A stretch of 64,000 nucleotides of DNA, taken from assembly GCA_951406725.2 (NCBI GenBank), contig OX597836.1, forward strand, positions 3,286,001 to 3,350,000. The letters are read 5' to 3'. The position numbers and the translations under genes were made by a program. Shown one piece after another: positions 39,995-52,977 of this stretch (position 1 is the first letter of the stretch; every line of letters starts with the position of its first letter). The stretch comes from Octopus vulgaris. Its lineage: Eukaryota. The notes beneath the pieces are model-generated. The model searched no databases, had not been told where the DNA came from, and worked only from the letters and a program-made list of their open reading frames with translations.

Positions 39995-40141
39995 TTCATT
40001 TTCCTTCTACGAAATCCACTCGCAAGGCTTTAGTCAGCCTAGAACTGTAGAAGACATCTGCCTAAGGTGCCATGCAGTGGGGCTGAACCCAGTATCACAT
40101 GACTGAAATGCGAGCTTCATAACCGCACACTCACGCCTGTA
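39995..40141 (-). mobile_element. SINE family B, 5' half, diverged
   Basis: aaatccactcgcaaggcttt...gtagaagacatctgcctaaggtgccatgcagtggggctgaaccc. Confidence 0.8.
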
Positions 40142-41269
40142 TTCTAATATAAACCAAACCGCCCGGATGAGAACTATATATGCATTTGAGTGCTTGTGTG
40201 TGTGAAGATCGAAATATATAAAAAGAGACAGACAGACAGAAGGTCTTATGAATTTCTGTATGTGCATATTGGAATGTATCTGTAACGCCATATGTTGGTG
40301 ATGTGTTCGCTGATAAAGCGTTCGTTTATAACTGATTTTGTCATTTTCTGAAGCTTACACTCCATTGACTTTCATTTCGGAAGTCAATAGTTAAAGTGAA
40401 TATCTCATGTGTGTGCGCGTTTATGCGAGCCTGTGGGTTTGTGTGTGTATTTCTGTATGTGCAATGTGTATCATTATACGACTATACATACATCATATAT
40501 ACATATATATATATATATGTGTGTGTGTATGCATATATACTCATATACATGTATGTATATGCGCACTATAACTACATAATTACATACAAAATACATGCAT
40601 ATATCTGTAGATATATATATACATTTACATATAAATATATATATGTGTGTAAGTATGTATACATGTATTTATATATATATGTAGGTGTGTATATACATAT
40701 GTGTGTAAATGTGTGTAGGTATGTAATCATGCTATCATAGAAATATACATCTGTCTACACATCCATCCACCCCATTCATGCAATCTATTAAACATCCGTT
40801 GCTGCTGATAGCTGGTGGATGGCGGTGATTCTAGATTTCTGTCCACTACAATGACACGTAATTATTTAAAACCTAAATGTTAAGATTCGAAACAAAACGA
40901 AAAACAAAACATTAACACACAAAAGCGGAGGTCCTAAACAATGCAGACCGATATCACAGCACTTAACACGTCTAGCTAAACACAGCGTTTATTATCTAGA
41001 AAACGGCAGCCATTTTGAATGCATACATATCGTGATTCCGCCACTAATGGACGTAGATGGAGTTGTAATAGCAGTTACGGCAACGGTGGTAGTAGCAGTG
41101 AGCATGAGGCGGCAGCAGCAGCTGCAATAATAATGACAGCAGCAGCAGAAGCAGGAATAGTAGCAGCAGCAACATTAGCAACAGCAGCAACATTAATAAC
41201 ACCTGTAGCAGCAATAGTTGCATGAGCTGCAGCAGTGAAAACATCTGCAGCAATATATGCATATTCAAA

Positions 41270-41475
41270 GGCGGTGAGCTGGCAGAAACGTTAGCACGCC
41301 GGGCGAAATGCTTAGCCATATTTTGTCTCTATGTTCAAAGTTCAAATTCCGCCGAGGTCGACTTTGCCTTTCATCCTTTCGGGGTCGACAAATTAAGTAT
41401 CTGTTGCGTACTGGAGTCGATCTAATCGACTGGCCCCCTCCCAAAAACTGTTGGGCGTTGTGCTTAGAGCAGAAT
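41270..41475 (+). mobile_element. SINE family A, full length
   Basis: ggcggtgagctggcagaaacgttagcacgccgggcg...core...tail; possible TSD atatatgcatatt at 41253-41265 and 41490-41502. Confidence 0.9.
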
Positions 41476-41524
41476 ATATATATATATATATATATGCATA
41501 TTTACTTTTACTCGAGTCGTAATA

Positions 41525-41915
41525 CAATCTGTTCGGGATAAATTTGATAGTTTCCGTTAGTTTCTGTAAATGGAAACGAAAGCACAAATCCCATTCAAAA
41601 GTGAAATATTTTTTAAAAACTAAAAGAATACTAACTAGATTATGGTTGGTGGGGGTATGTTTACTCAAAGTAGCAGCCATCAACTTCCGGCACGACCTCA
41701 TGGCGGTTCCAGAAACTGGTGTATGCATTCCTCAGTGTCCCCGGGGGAGATTTCCGAACACCTCCTTGATATTGGCCACTAGCTCAGCAGATCGGTTGGT
41801 ATCTTTATCAACCATGCCTCACATATAGTAATCCGTATTACTATAGTGGGGAATTCAGGGGTCAGAAATTGGGGCTGATGAAATCTGAAATATTCTCCGA
41901 CAACCACTTCTGACT
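41525..41915 (-). mobile_element. Second maT-like (DD37D) transposase 3' fragment with decayed TIR
   Basis: Minus strand KWLSENISDFISPNF*PLNSP..DYYM*GMVDKDTNRSA..ELVANIKEVFGNLP..FWNRHEVVPEVDGCYFE*, collinear with 15071-15460; terminus ta|caatctgttcgggataaatttg. Confidence 0.78.
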
Positions 41916-42864
41916 CTTTCCTCAGTTACAGCTTTAATCTTTATGTTCTCCAACGCGGTTGACATTTCACCAATTCCCCAAACTGTTCCTGAGAAAATAA
42001 GACGTAAAATATTGTCGAATTGAACTTGAACAGCCTGCAGCAACAGCAGCTGTAATCACACCAGCAGCAGCGGCGTTCAAGAATTTGGACCTGGAAATCT
42101 CCATTTCCAGCGACTTCGAGGGCCACACATACACACACACACGAACGAACAAATACCATTCAGATAAATGAAACAATGAGGGTGAAATTACAAGTTTGCA
42201 CGTTTAAACGCAACTCCGTTCATCGGGTTCATCGTTAAGCTACAGGTGAGCAGTGAAACCCGTTGCATGTTGAACGTTTCAGAATGAACTTGCCGTTTCT
42301 ATTTCCTCCTTTGTATCTTCCAGACATGCATAAATACATACATTGTATTAAATGTCTATGCATAAAATGATGTGATTTGTTTAGCATCAAAATAGACCTG
42401 GACGTGTATATTTGGATCAAAATCGTTCCAACTGAGACCATCGCGTCTTTATTCAGACACTGAATCTAGAACATTATTCAATGTGCCAGACTTTTCCAAA
42501 AACACTAGGATGCTACTTGAGAAAGATTTGCTCGTCATTCCTAAAATCTCTGCCGAACACCTATTTGTAGTGTTTAGGTTTGTTGCTATGGCACGGCGCT
42601 GTGTATGGCTGTGTATGATCGCATACGACCGCGCATGCGTGTGTACTTAAATATACATGTGTATGTGCGTATGCTACCATGCTTGTATTTCAGTACACAT
42701 GTTTAAGTTGAACTACGGTTGAACTTACGCATAATGATGTAATGTCTACTTGTCCTGTGTGTGTGTGTGTGAGTGTGTGTGAGTGTGTTTCTATATGTAT
42801 GCGTGAATGAGTTTGTAAAGATGTGTAAGTATGTGTGTATTAATATTTGTATACACTTCTCTCA

Positions 42865-42898
<34 letters not shown>

Positions 42899-44647
42899 CA
42901 ATATGTGTGAGTATACATATTCATATATACACACATATATATATTATTTTTACATATATTATGAATATATATTTAGGCAACTATTTATGTGTATATGTAT
43001 GTAAGTAGGTATGTAAATACGTACGTATGTATGTACGTACTTATATACCTATGTATGTATGTATGAATGTATGTATGCATTATGTGTGTATGTATGTATG
43101 TATGTATGTATGTATTATGTATGTATATGTTTATGTAAGTATGCATGTATGTGTGCATGTAATTACGAATATATGTATGTATATATGTACGTGTAAGTAT
43201 GTAAGTATGTATGTATGTACGTATATTTGTATATGTGTATGTACGTATGTATGTACGTATGTATGTACGTATATTTGTATATGTATATGTACATATGTAT
43301 GTACATAAGTATGTATAAACGTATGTCAATATGAATTGTCCTTGTATGTAAGCCAATATATGTATCTTTTGTGTGAATATCAACGTCTATGTGTTTGTGA
43401 GTATGTGTATGTATATGGCCGTATGTGTCTGTGTACGCATCTCTACCCGTATGTGTGAATGTATTTGTGTGCTTGGCCTAGTTCGTCTGTGTATCTAGGT
43501 GTGTGCTGTGAATATTTTTCACTTCGTATTTTTGCATTTCTCAAGGGAAATCAAGGTAGAATCCACACACACACACACACACCTTTCTCTCTCCTCTTTT
43601 CCTCTTTCCTTCTCTCCCCGACTCCACCACCTCTGTCTTCCTCCATCTCCCATCTTCTTCAATCTATCTCTCTTTACCTGTCTCTGTCTTCCTATTTATC
43701 TCTCTCTCTCTCTCTCTCCCTCATTCACACCCAATCGCTCTCAATATTGGCCTGATTTAATATAGTTTAGTGCTCTGTGGTTAGAGAAACAATATGGCGG
43801 GGTGCTGTGTTGCTGGGTATTTAATGCTGCGTTGAGGATTGTGGTGTACAGATGTGTTTCGTACGGCGTGGTGGGGCGTAGTGATATTTAACATACTACT
43901 AGGTATTGGTCGCGGGTGTGGAATAAGTATGATTGTAGGGTGTTATGTACTTTTTGTGTATACAGTGTAGGAGAGTGTAGCATGAAGGTATGTATAAGAA
44001 TAGAGTGCGGTATGTTGTGGCGTTTAGTGGTGAATGGCGGACGTTTATGGGAAGGGAAAAGTGATGAACACAACGTGAATAAGACGCTTGAAGAAACAGG
44101 AATATATCAATAGAGATGGACAGAGAAAGGTAGGTAGATAGATAGATACATACATACAGAGATAGGCAGATATGTAGGCAGACAGACAGAAAGACAGATA
44201 GACAGACAGAGAGATAGATAGTCAGACAGACATAAATAGATAGACAGATAGATAGACAGGAAGAACGATAGATGGTATATATATATGTACATGTGTGTGC
44301 ATTATATTTATATATACATACAAGTATATTAATACATACATACATATATGTATGAATATATATTTTTGTTTTTGTTATTTTCTTTTTTCTTCCTTTTCTC
44401 TTCGTCTTTGTTTAAGAGATTGGTTTTTGAACAATATTGCTTCACTCGTAGCCCACCAATATTATTTTGATAGAAATATCAAGAAAAAATTCTATTGTTT
44501 GGTAATATAAAGAGAAAAACTTACCATTTTAAATATTAATTTGCGAAATGTGTAGCTCATGCGTCTTTATACCAAATAATAATAATAATAATAATAACAA
44601 TAATAATAATAATAATAATAATGATAATATTAATATTAATAATAATC

Positions 44648-44828
44648 CTTACTATATTGTAGGCATAAGGCCTGAAATTTCGGTGGTGAGGTAAGTCGAT
44701 TACATCCACCCCAGTGCATAACTGGTAAATATTTCAACGACATGGAACGGATGAAGGGCAAAGTCGACCTCAACAGAATTTGAAATCAAAACGTGAGGAC
44801 GAACAAAATGGCGTTGGGCGTTTTGCCC
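44648..44828 (-). mobile_element. SINE family A
   Basis: ggatgaagggcaaagtcgacctcaacagaatttgaa is the reverse complement of the core. Confidence 0.82.
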
Positions 44829-45719
44829 AATAATAATAATAATTGCTTGACCAGCACATTAAACAAACGATCGATTTGTTAGTTGGTCAGAATATTTAAC
44901 CAGTTTGCCAAAGAAGTGAAATTGAACCGGTGCGTTATTGGGCTAATGACCCTTCCAAGGCAACAATAATAGGCGTTCTTTCTTATTGTGGCACAAATCC
45001 ACCCACTTTGCGGGTGGATTCCATTGACTCCAGTACACGAATGGTACTTTATTTTATACCCGCGAAAGGCTGAAGAGCAAAGTTGCGCTCGGTGTCATTT
45101 CAACCTAAACAGGACTACGAAATTCTTTGATAGAGAAGGACAGATAATTCTTCTGTTGCACAATAGCTATGGCGAAAGAGGATGTATTTCGGACCTGGTT
45201 AAGATGATTGAAAACAGACACGTCCCTTTTTTTCGGTTAAGCCTCAATCAACTTCTTCAAGTTTCACTTGGAAAAAATTTTATAGCGAAATTTTATCAAA
45301 GACTGAAATATGAATTTCCTGGTTTTGATTCATTTGGTAATTTTTAAGATTTACGCGAGATATTTTTATATTCTTGTTCTTAGAGAAGGTTTCACGTTTT
45401 TTTTTTTAATACTTGAATCCACCTCCTATGACATTGTATAGTCGCCATTTAAGGAGATGTATTGTTGTCAAGATCTCCAATGGAAGGATGACATATTCGC
45501 AGAATTAGATTCCAGGAGATTTCCGTTTTTCAGAAGCAATACATTTAATACTTTTTCTGAAAAACATAATTGTGCTTGCTCAAAATTCGAAAAATCTGAC
45601 AATATTAAGGTATTGCAGTCGAGTTTATTTCAGATATTCTCATTTTAAAAATCATTTTTGGCTAATCGTTGAGATGAAGTTGGTGTTGCCTTGGCGGAGG
45701 TTTCCGCTCTGAGTGCTCT

Positions 45720-45734
45720 TATTATAATTATAAT

Positions 45735-45776
<42 letters not shown>

Positions 45777-45797
45777 TATTATTATTATTATTATTAT

Positions 45798-45829
<32 letters not shown>

Positions 45830-45830
45830 T
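45720..45830. repeat. (AAT)n directly followed by (ATT)n, then (AGT)n
   Basis: Directly visible; the first two tracts form a spacer-less palindrome. Confidence 0.92.
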
Positions 45831-46508
45831 ATTAATCATCATTATTACCATCATCTTCATCATTATTAGGGCGACGAGCTGACAGAATCTTTAGTACGCC
45901 GGACAAAAGGCCTCCAACCCAGGCCTTTCGCGACGCCCTTAGAGCCAAGAACTTTTCAGCCCCAACTCGTATGACCGTAACGAATATGCGACAGTAAATA
46001 ATAAAATTTGATAAACACGAAACTATTGTCATTTATGATTTCTTCATACGTGACTATAAGCATGCCAGGTATCGGAAGGAAATATTTTTGTGCTACTAAA
46101 ATATGCATTAAGAATTTTGACCGACATTTCTACTGTAAAGTAAACCATTTGCAAATATATTTAATACTACTTGCACATCTCCATCGACGCAGTCATATCT
46201 ATAAATAAATGTATCGTTGTATACCTATATCTGTGTGTCCGTATTTGTTTCTGTGTGTTTATTATCATGAATGTTGTATATGGCTGAATTGTTATTGTCC
46301 ATGACGGTCGCTACTCTTACAAGACTGCTGAGATTGAGGCCGTTCATGTTCAGCTTACAGTATTGCAGATCAACAGATGAAAGATATTAGCAGGGTGAGG
46401 ATTCCAGCAGGTTACGTTCTGTGAAGACAAGACTGGGTATTAGAATTAGTGCAACACAGAAGAGGTTCGACACATTAAGTGTAATGAGATGTGAAATGAT
46501 TTGAATAT

Positions 46509-46856
46509 CCTTTTCCATTCTAGGCACAAGGCCCGAAATATTTTGGGAGGAGGCCAGTCGATTAGATCGACCAGAGTACTCAACTGCTACTTAATTTATC
46601 GACCCCGAGAAAGGATGAAAGGCAAAGTCGACTTCGGCGGAATTTGAACTCAGAACGTAAAGACAGACGAAATACCCATTTCTTTACTACCCACAAGGGG
46701 CTAAACACAGAGAGGACAGACAAGGACAGACAAACGGATTAAGTCGATTACATCGACCCCAGTGCGTAACTGGCCCTTAATTTATCGACCCCGAAAGGAT
46801 GAAAGGCAAAGTCGAACTCGGCGGAATTTGAACTCAGAACATAAAGACATACCGCT
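46509..46856 (-). mobile_element. SINE family A dimeric subfamily
   Basis: Two cores separated by the same linker as at 8877 and 39478; standard tail at 46509-46560. Confidence 0.9.
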
Positions 46857-47169
46857 GTGTATACGTAGACGTATATATATTTGCGTGATTGTGCATATGT
46901 ATTAAGAGTTACGTTTCTGTGTTGCCCCTTATGATGTTTAAAAAAGTGACCTCATTGAGCTGGCTAAATCCTTGGAGAATCGGTACCAAATATTGTGGTA
47001 TTTATTAGGCATGTATAAGCACTGTGACAACATTTACCTTCCATCCCTGCAGATTCGATAGCAAAAGTACCAGTGAAGTTCTGAGGTTAGCAATATCGAA
47101 TAACACCCTACTCCCCAGTTGATGACCACGTGCCTCAAACAGAAACTATAACTATCACCATTTCAAAGA

Positions 47170-47436
47170 AGGAGAACTGACAGAATCGTTTGCAAGCCGG
47201 ACAAAATGTATAGCAGTGTTTCGCCCGTCTTTACATTCTAAGTCCAAATAGCGCCGGGATCGACTTTACCTTTCATCCTTTTGGGGTCGATAAAATAAGT
47301 ACCAGTTAAGAAATAAGATCGACATAATCGACTAGCCCCCTTCCTCAATTTTCGGTTAAAAAATGGAATCGATGTAATCGAGAAGACCACCCCCACTCCC
47401 TCAAATTTCAGCCCTTTCTGTCTACAGCAGAAAGGA
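47170..47436 (+). mobile_element. SINE family A, diverged
   Basis: gaactgacagaatcgtt...gatcgactttacctttcatccttttggggtcgataaaataagtaccag. Confidence 0.85.
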
Positions 47437-48091
47437 TTATTATTGCCACTTCAACAATGGTTCCGATGCCAGTGTTTCTGTTCAGAGACAATTCACATCA
47501 AACGAGTCTGAATCAAAGAAACCTTCTTCAGAATTCCACCAATTCCCAATTATCTCAATTCCCCACCTATCTCGATTCCAAATTAAGCATACCATTTTTT
47601 TCCCATTTCCCTATTGTTACTGCACCGCAGGGCAACCACAAACTATTTCTGGAATCACTTCAAGCATTTTTGCAGCTTCACTTTGTTTTTAATCTCACTT
47701 TCCAGAACTTGATGCCACTATTTCGTTTCCATTTCCTTTCCGCATGGTCTGTCAGCCCCAGAGATTCTACATTATTTATCGAACAATGTCTTTTCTCGCA
47801 TTTAACGTTAACAAAATCAGCTGTCCGCTCGTATATCATGACGATATAGAAATTATCAAGAGTATAGTGTGTGACGAAATGCTGCCATCTTCCAACATGA
47901 ATATGCGTTACAATCTGCCAATTCCCTTTTGCTCTTGTTACTGTTGTTGTTGATTCTATTGGCCTTGTGTTGTTCTTGTGACTGTTATCGTAATAATTCA
48001 GTACAACTATTAGCAACAGTCTTCCAGACATTACCATACCTGCTTCATTTCTGTGGCCAGGTGAATCACAAAAGGGCTTAGTCATATATAA

Positions 48092-48157
<66 letters not shown>

Positions 48158-48227
48158 TTTTAAAAAATAAGGAAATAGACATATAGCATTAAATGAAAAT
48201 TTATAATCTGCAAAAATGAAACGAATC

Positions 48228-48309
48228 CCTTACAGCTGTTTCGATTAAGCCTAAAAATATTAAATAACAATTATTAACATCATTGTATAGGGCAAAATCT
48301 CTTCAGAGG
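48228..48309 (-). ncRNA. Type-I hammerhead ribozyme with canonical core and extended stem II
   Basis: Minus strand: ccu-CUGAAGA-gauuuugcccua[loop]uaggcuuaauc-GAAAC-agcu-GUA-agg; all core nucleotides present; palindromic ACAGCUGU stem III. Confidence 0.72.
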
Positions 48310-49103
48310 TGTAGAAAAAAGATATATCGTTAGATCTTTATCTACTGTATTTTAGAATCATCTCAGCAGATACCATCCTTTAACCCCAAAATGAGTATAT
48401 ACATATACATATATATATATATACATATATATATATACACACATATATACACATATATATGTATGTATATATATATATGTATGTATGCGTATATATATAT
48501 ATATATACAGAGAGAGAGGGGCATATATATGTGTGTGTGTATGTGTGTGTGTATAAACCGTATACTGCGACAGCAAAATGAAAGTTTGGAGGTATAAGAC
48601 GGCTGTTACTTCTAGCCTAGTATCTTAGGCAACAACCTTGAAATTGCCTTGCAGGCTCCTATTAATTTTTATTATTATTATTATTATTTTTGTTATTCTA
48701 TGCTCCTGTTTGGTAGATGTAACATGAAGTGGTTCTACAAAATTGTTTTAGAACCGAGGGAGAATATTCCGCATCAAAGAATCCATTGTAATTTTCTGCT
48801 TCGCACTTCAACAAAGAATATCACAGACATTCCATTCCTTTACCTGAAAATAACTTCTCGTTATCTAAAGAACTATTTCTATTTTCAATTCCTCTTGGTG
48901 ACGCTTTGGATGTCGATACATACATACATATATATACACATATATGTACATATATATGCGTATATATATACACATATATGTACATATGTATTTGTATATT
49001 TATATATGCATATATATATATGATTGCATGCCTAAAGACATTTGTAACTATATATACGTATGTGAGTGAACCTATATGTACATAAATATATATATAAAAG
49101 TAC

Positions 49104-49144
<41 letters not shown>

Positions 49145-49794
49145 TATACATGTATATATACATAAGTACATATATATATACATGTATATATACATAAGTA
49201 CATATACGTAAGTACATATACGTAAGTATATATATATATGTATATACACATAAGTACATATATATAAGTACATTATATATATATATATATATTCTTACAT
49301 TATATACATGTATATCCATACATAGAGAGATAGATAGATAGAGAGAGAGAGAGTTGAGCGAGAGTAAAATTATTTTGTCTATCTCTTTGTATGTATCCCT
49401 GGTCGTCCTTTGAAGTATTCTCATTCATGTGTAACATTACTGCATCAACTACTACTACTACTACTACTTCCACTACTGTTGGTGCTACATGTACGTGCAT
49501 ATGAGTATATCTATATGTGAGTATGTATATCTGTATGTGTATATTTATATGTGAGTATATATATATATATACATACATACACACAGAGACAGACATATAT
49601 GAACACGCAACAAACACTGACAGAGATAAACACAAGCGCACACCCACCCAGACAGACGGATAGTTAGGCAGATAAAGACAGACAGACAGAGACGGACAGA
49701 CAGGGACGGACAGACAGACAGACAAGACAGACTGCTTGATTGATAGATAATGAGAGAGTGAAAGGCGAACGTACAGATATGGTGATTGTATATA

Positions 49795-50015
49795 CTGTAA
49801 TCCCTCGACTATCGCGGGTGTTACGTTCCAAAACCCCCGCGATAGGAAAATCCGCGAAGTAGAAACAGTAATGTGCTGTATACGTTTTTTTTTTTATTTT
49901 CATTATTTGTGTAATTTTATTTTATTATAAATGCAAAACAACACCACGAAGGAATCGACGTGAGCTTAAATGATAAACGGCGATAGGTGAACAGCGATAT
50001 GGCGAGGGATTAAAG
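49795..50015. mobile_element. Tigger/pogo-like MITE
   Basis: TIRs ctgtaatccctcgactatcgcg / cagcgatatggcgagggattaaag, with TA on both sides (49793-94, 50016-17). Confidence 0.8.
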
Positions 50016-50071
50016 TAATACAACCTCCATCGCTAATATATACACACGTATATATGTGAGAATATATCATA

Positions 50072-50449
50072 CACATGGCCGTGTGGTAAGATGCGTGCTA
50101 CCCAACTATATGGTTCCGGGTTCAGTCCCATTGCGTGACACCTTGAGCAAGTCTCTCCTGCTACACCCTCACGCCGACCAAAACCTTGTGAGAGAATTTG
50201 GTAGACGGAAACTGAAAGAAGCCCGTCGTGTGTGTGTGTTTGTGCGTCTGCGTTTGTCTCCATCATCGCTTGACAACAGATGTTGATGTGCTTACGAACT
50301 TGTAACTTTGCGGTTCGACAAAAAAGAGAACGATAAAATAAGTACTAGGCTGACAAAGAATAAGTCCTGGGCGGGGTCGATTTGTTCGACTAAAGGCGGT
50401 GCTCCAGCACGGCCGCAGTCAAATGACTGAAACGAGTAAAAGAGTAAAG
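50072..50449 (+). mobile_element. SINE family B, full length
   Basis: Head, internal (TG)n and tail ggcggtgctccagcacggccgcagtcaaatgactgaaac. Confidence 0.9.
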
Positions 50450-51168
50450 GCATACAAGTATACCACCTGAAAACAAAAAACAATTAACAGCAGCTGAAAC
50501 TAGCTCAAGGTGGCCATAGTTGGTAAGCGAATGTAAGTGGAACCCTTTATTTAGGTAAAGACTAGCTCAGTGCTGCTACACTCAGGCGAAACATACACGC
50601 TAGAATGCGTAACGTTGGCGACTATGACTTACCTGCTGATAGTCCGGATGGATTTCCAGCAATGCAATGGATTTAGGAAGGAATAACAACTATGTTTCGT
50701 GGTCTGCTACAACAACAGCTCCTTTATAGAATCCAGTTAGCCCAAGACATCATCAGGAGGAACCACGTCCGGTTTCCGTCCCTACTCCTCTACGTTTTGA
50801 CACTATAATCACCTCACCCCCTTGGGCCAGCATTTAAAATCCATTTTAAGTTAACGCTATGGATTCACGTTTATGGAAGTTTTTTTTAACGGTTTCGAAG
50901 CATCAAGAAAATAATATTCCGCTTGTTTTACTTTTCAATTTCATTTTCATCTTAAACTGAATTCTTCACCTCGATATTTTAATTTTGGTGCCAAACTATC
51001 GAAGACAGAAACGGAGAAGCGAAGTAAAACAAACGCTCAGCAATCGGCATAATCCCAAACATACATACACGCATGCATACACCCACACGTATAGGCACAC
51101 AAGCAAAAATGCATACGCACACATATTTATAAATATCCATAGGTATACGTATATGTACAAATATATAA

Positions 51169-51216
<48 letters not shown>

Positions 51217-51479
51217 ATGCATATAAATAGATGTATGTATTATGGATGGATTGATGGATGTTTGTATGTATATGGGTGTAGTTATACCCAGTTACACATC
51301 CATTCGGCATACACATAGATGTATCTCCTCTAATTTTCTTTATAGGTTATAAATTTCAATTTCTGCTCACACAAGAAGCACAAATCAAATTCGGAAACAA
51401 ATATACAAATTCGAAAATAGAAAAATTATGTAATTTCTCAAAGACATAAACACATTAATACATATAAACGAACCAATAG

Positions 51480-51646
51480 ATATGAAGGAACAAATATCCA
51501 AATACAAAAATACAAAAACGGCAAACATCATCCAAATACGTAAATTTGAAAATTTCACAAATACATTTATATACAAAGAAAGCGAGGGAACAGAATTATA
51601 AAATAGGAACAAACAACGAAATATATAACAAACGAAATGCTTATAC

Positions 51647-51716
<70 letters not shown>

Positions 51717-52063
51717 AAAAAGATATATAGATTGTATATGGAATAACATTATAAACACAATATTCGGAAAATTTTGAGTTCATTGAAAAACGTTTGATTC
51801 TTGTATTTGTTCAAAACTGTAGTAAAATGCTTGTCTTTTGTTTTACATGATTAATCCATAGATGTCCTTGTTAGAAATTGCCAGGAATGTTTTCTATGTA
51901 TACACACTCATCATATTCGAGCGTGCATTTACATATGTGAATATGTGTGTGCCTTTGTATATATATAACGATATATATATATATATATATAAAATGTATT
52001 TGTGAAATTTTCAAATTTGCGTATTTGGATGTTTGCCGTTTTTTGTATTTGGATATTTGTTCC

Positions 52064-52070
<7 letters not shown>
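51480..52070. mobile_element. MITE/fold-back with ~80-bp inverted arms
   Basis: 51480-51568 atatgaaggaacaaatatccaaatac...aatttcacaaatacattt is a near-perfect reverse complement of 51992-52070. Confidence 0.82.
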
Positions 52071-52124
<54 letters not shown>

Positions 52125-52335
52125 ATGTATATGTACGTGTAGGCGTATGCATACATGAATATTTATGCACACAGACACATGCTTGTAGGCTTGCAAACAG
52201 ATTTACACATTTTATGAGCTGCAGTAAATAATCAAGTGAAACAGAACTTCGTCACCTGATCAAATGTATTGTATATATATATGTATGTGTGTGTGTGTGT
52301 GTTTGAACGTGCACACACACAGACATGCACACACA

Positions 52336-52654
52336 AACGCCAGTACATTCACACACACACACACACACAAACGCCAGTACATTCACACACACACCAGTAC
52401 ATTCACACACACACACACACGCCAGTACACACACACACACACACACACACGCCAGTACATTCACACACACACACACACACACACGCCAGTACATTCACAC
52501 ACACACACACACACACACGCCAGTACATTCACACACACACACACACACACGCCAGTACATTCACACACACACACACACACACACGCCATTCACACACACA
52601 CACACACACACACACGCCAGTACATTCACACACACACACACACACACGCCAGTA

Positions 52655-52685
<31 letters not shown>

Positions 52686-52716
52686 GCCAGTACATTCACA
52701 CACACACACGCCAGTA

Positions 52717-52747
<31 letters not shown>

Positions 52748-52840
52748 CAGTACATTCACACACACACACACACACACACCAGTACATTCACACACACACA
52801 CACACACCAGTACATTCACACACACACACACACACCAGTA

Positions 52841-52876
<36 letters not shown>

Positions 52877-52880
52877 AGTA

Positions 52881-52913
<33 letters not shown>

Positions 52914-52922
52914 CAGTACATT

Positions 52923-52945
<23 letters not shown>
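52336..52945. repeat. Compound minisatellite: ~19 units of (G)CCAGTACATT + variable (CA)n
   Basis: Directly visible; units counted by eye. Confidence 0.92.

Positions 52946-52977
<32 letters not shown>

Noticed and set aside
46300-46495. Possible RTE LINE remnant (RLRSVKTRLGIRIS...)
   Set aside because: Similarity too weak to support by eye
47457-48085. 130-aa and 135-aa ORFs in complex sequence
   Set aside because: No recognisable motif or splice structure; likely decayed repeat
48590-48660. Hairpin aggcaa...ttgcct with aacagccgtc (minus strand), reminiscent of another ribozyme-bearing repeat
   Set aside because: Core nucleotides are absent in this copy
50680-50765. Minus-strand CUGAUGA...GAAAC pair
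   Set aside because: Stem II is poorly paired at its base and stem I cannot form
52336-52945. CRISPR-like repeat/spacer appearance
   Set aside because: Repeat is only 10-11 bp, spacers are pure (CA)n, there are no cas genes and the context is eukaryotic
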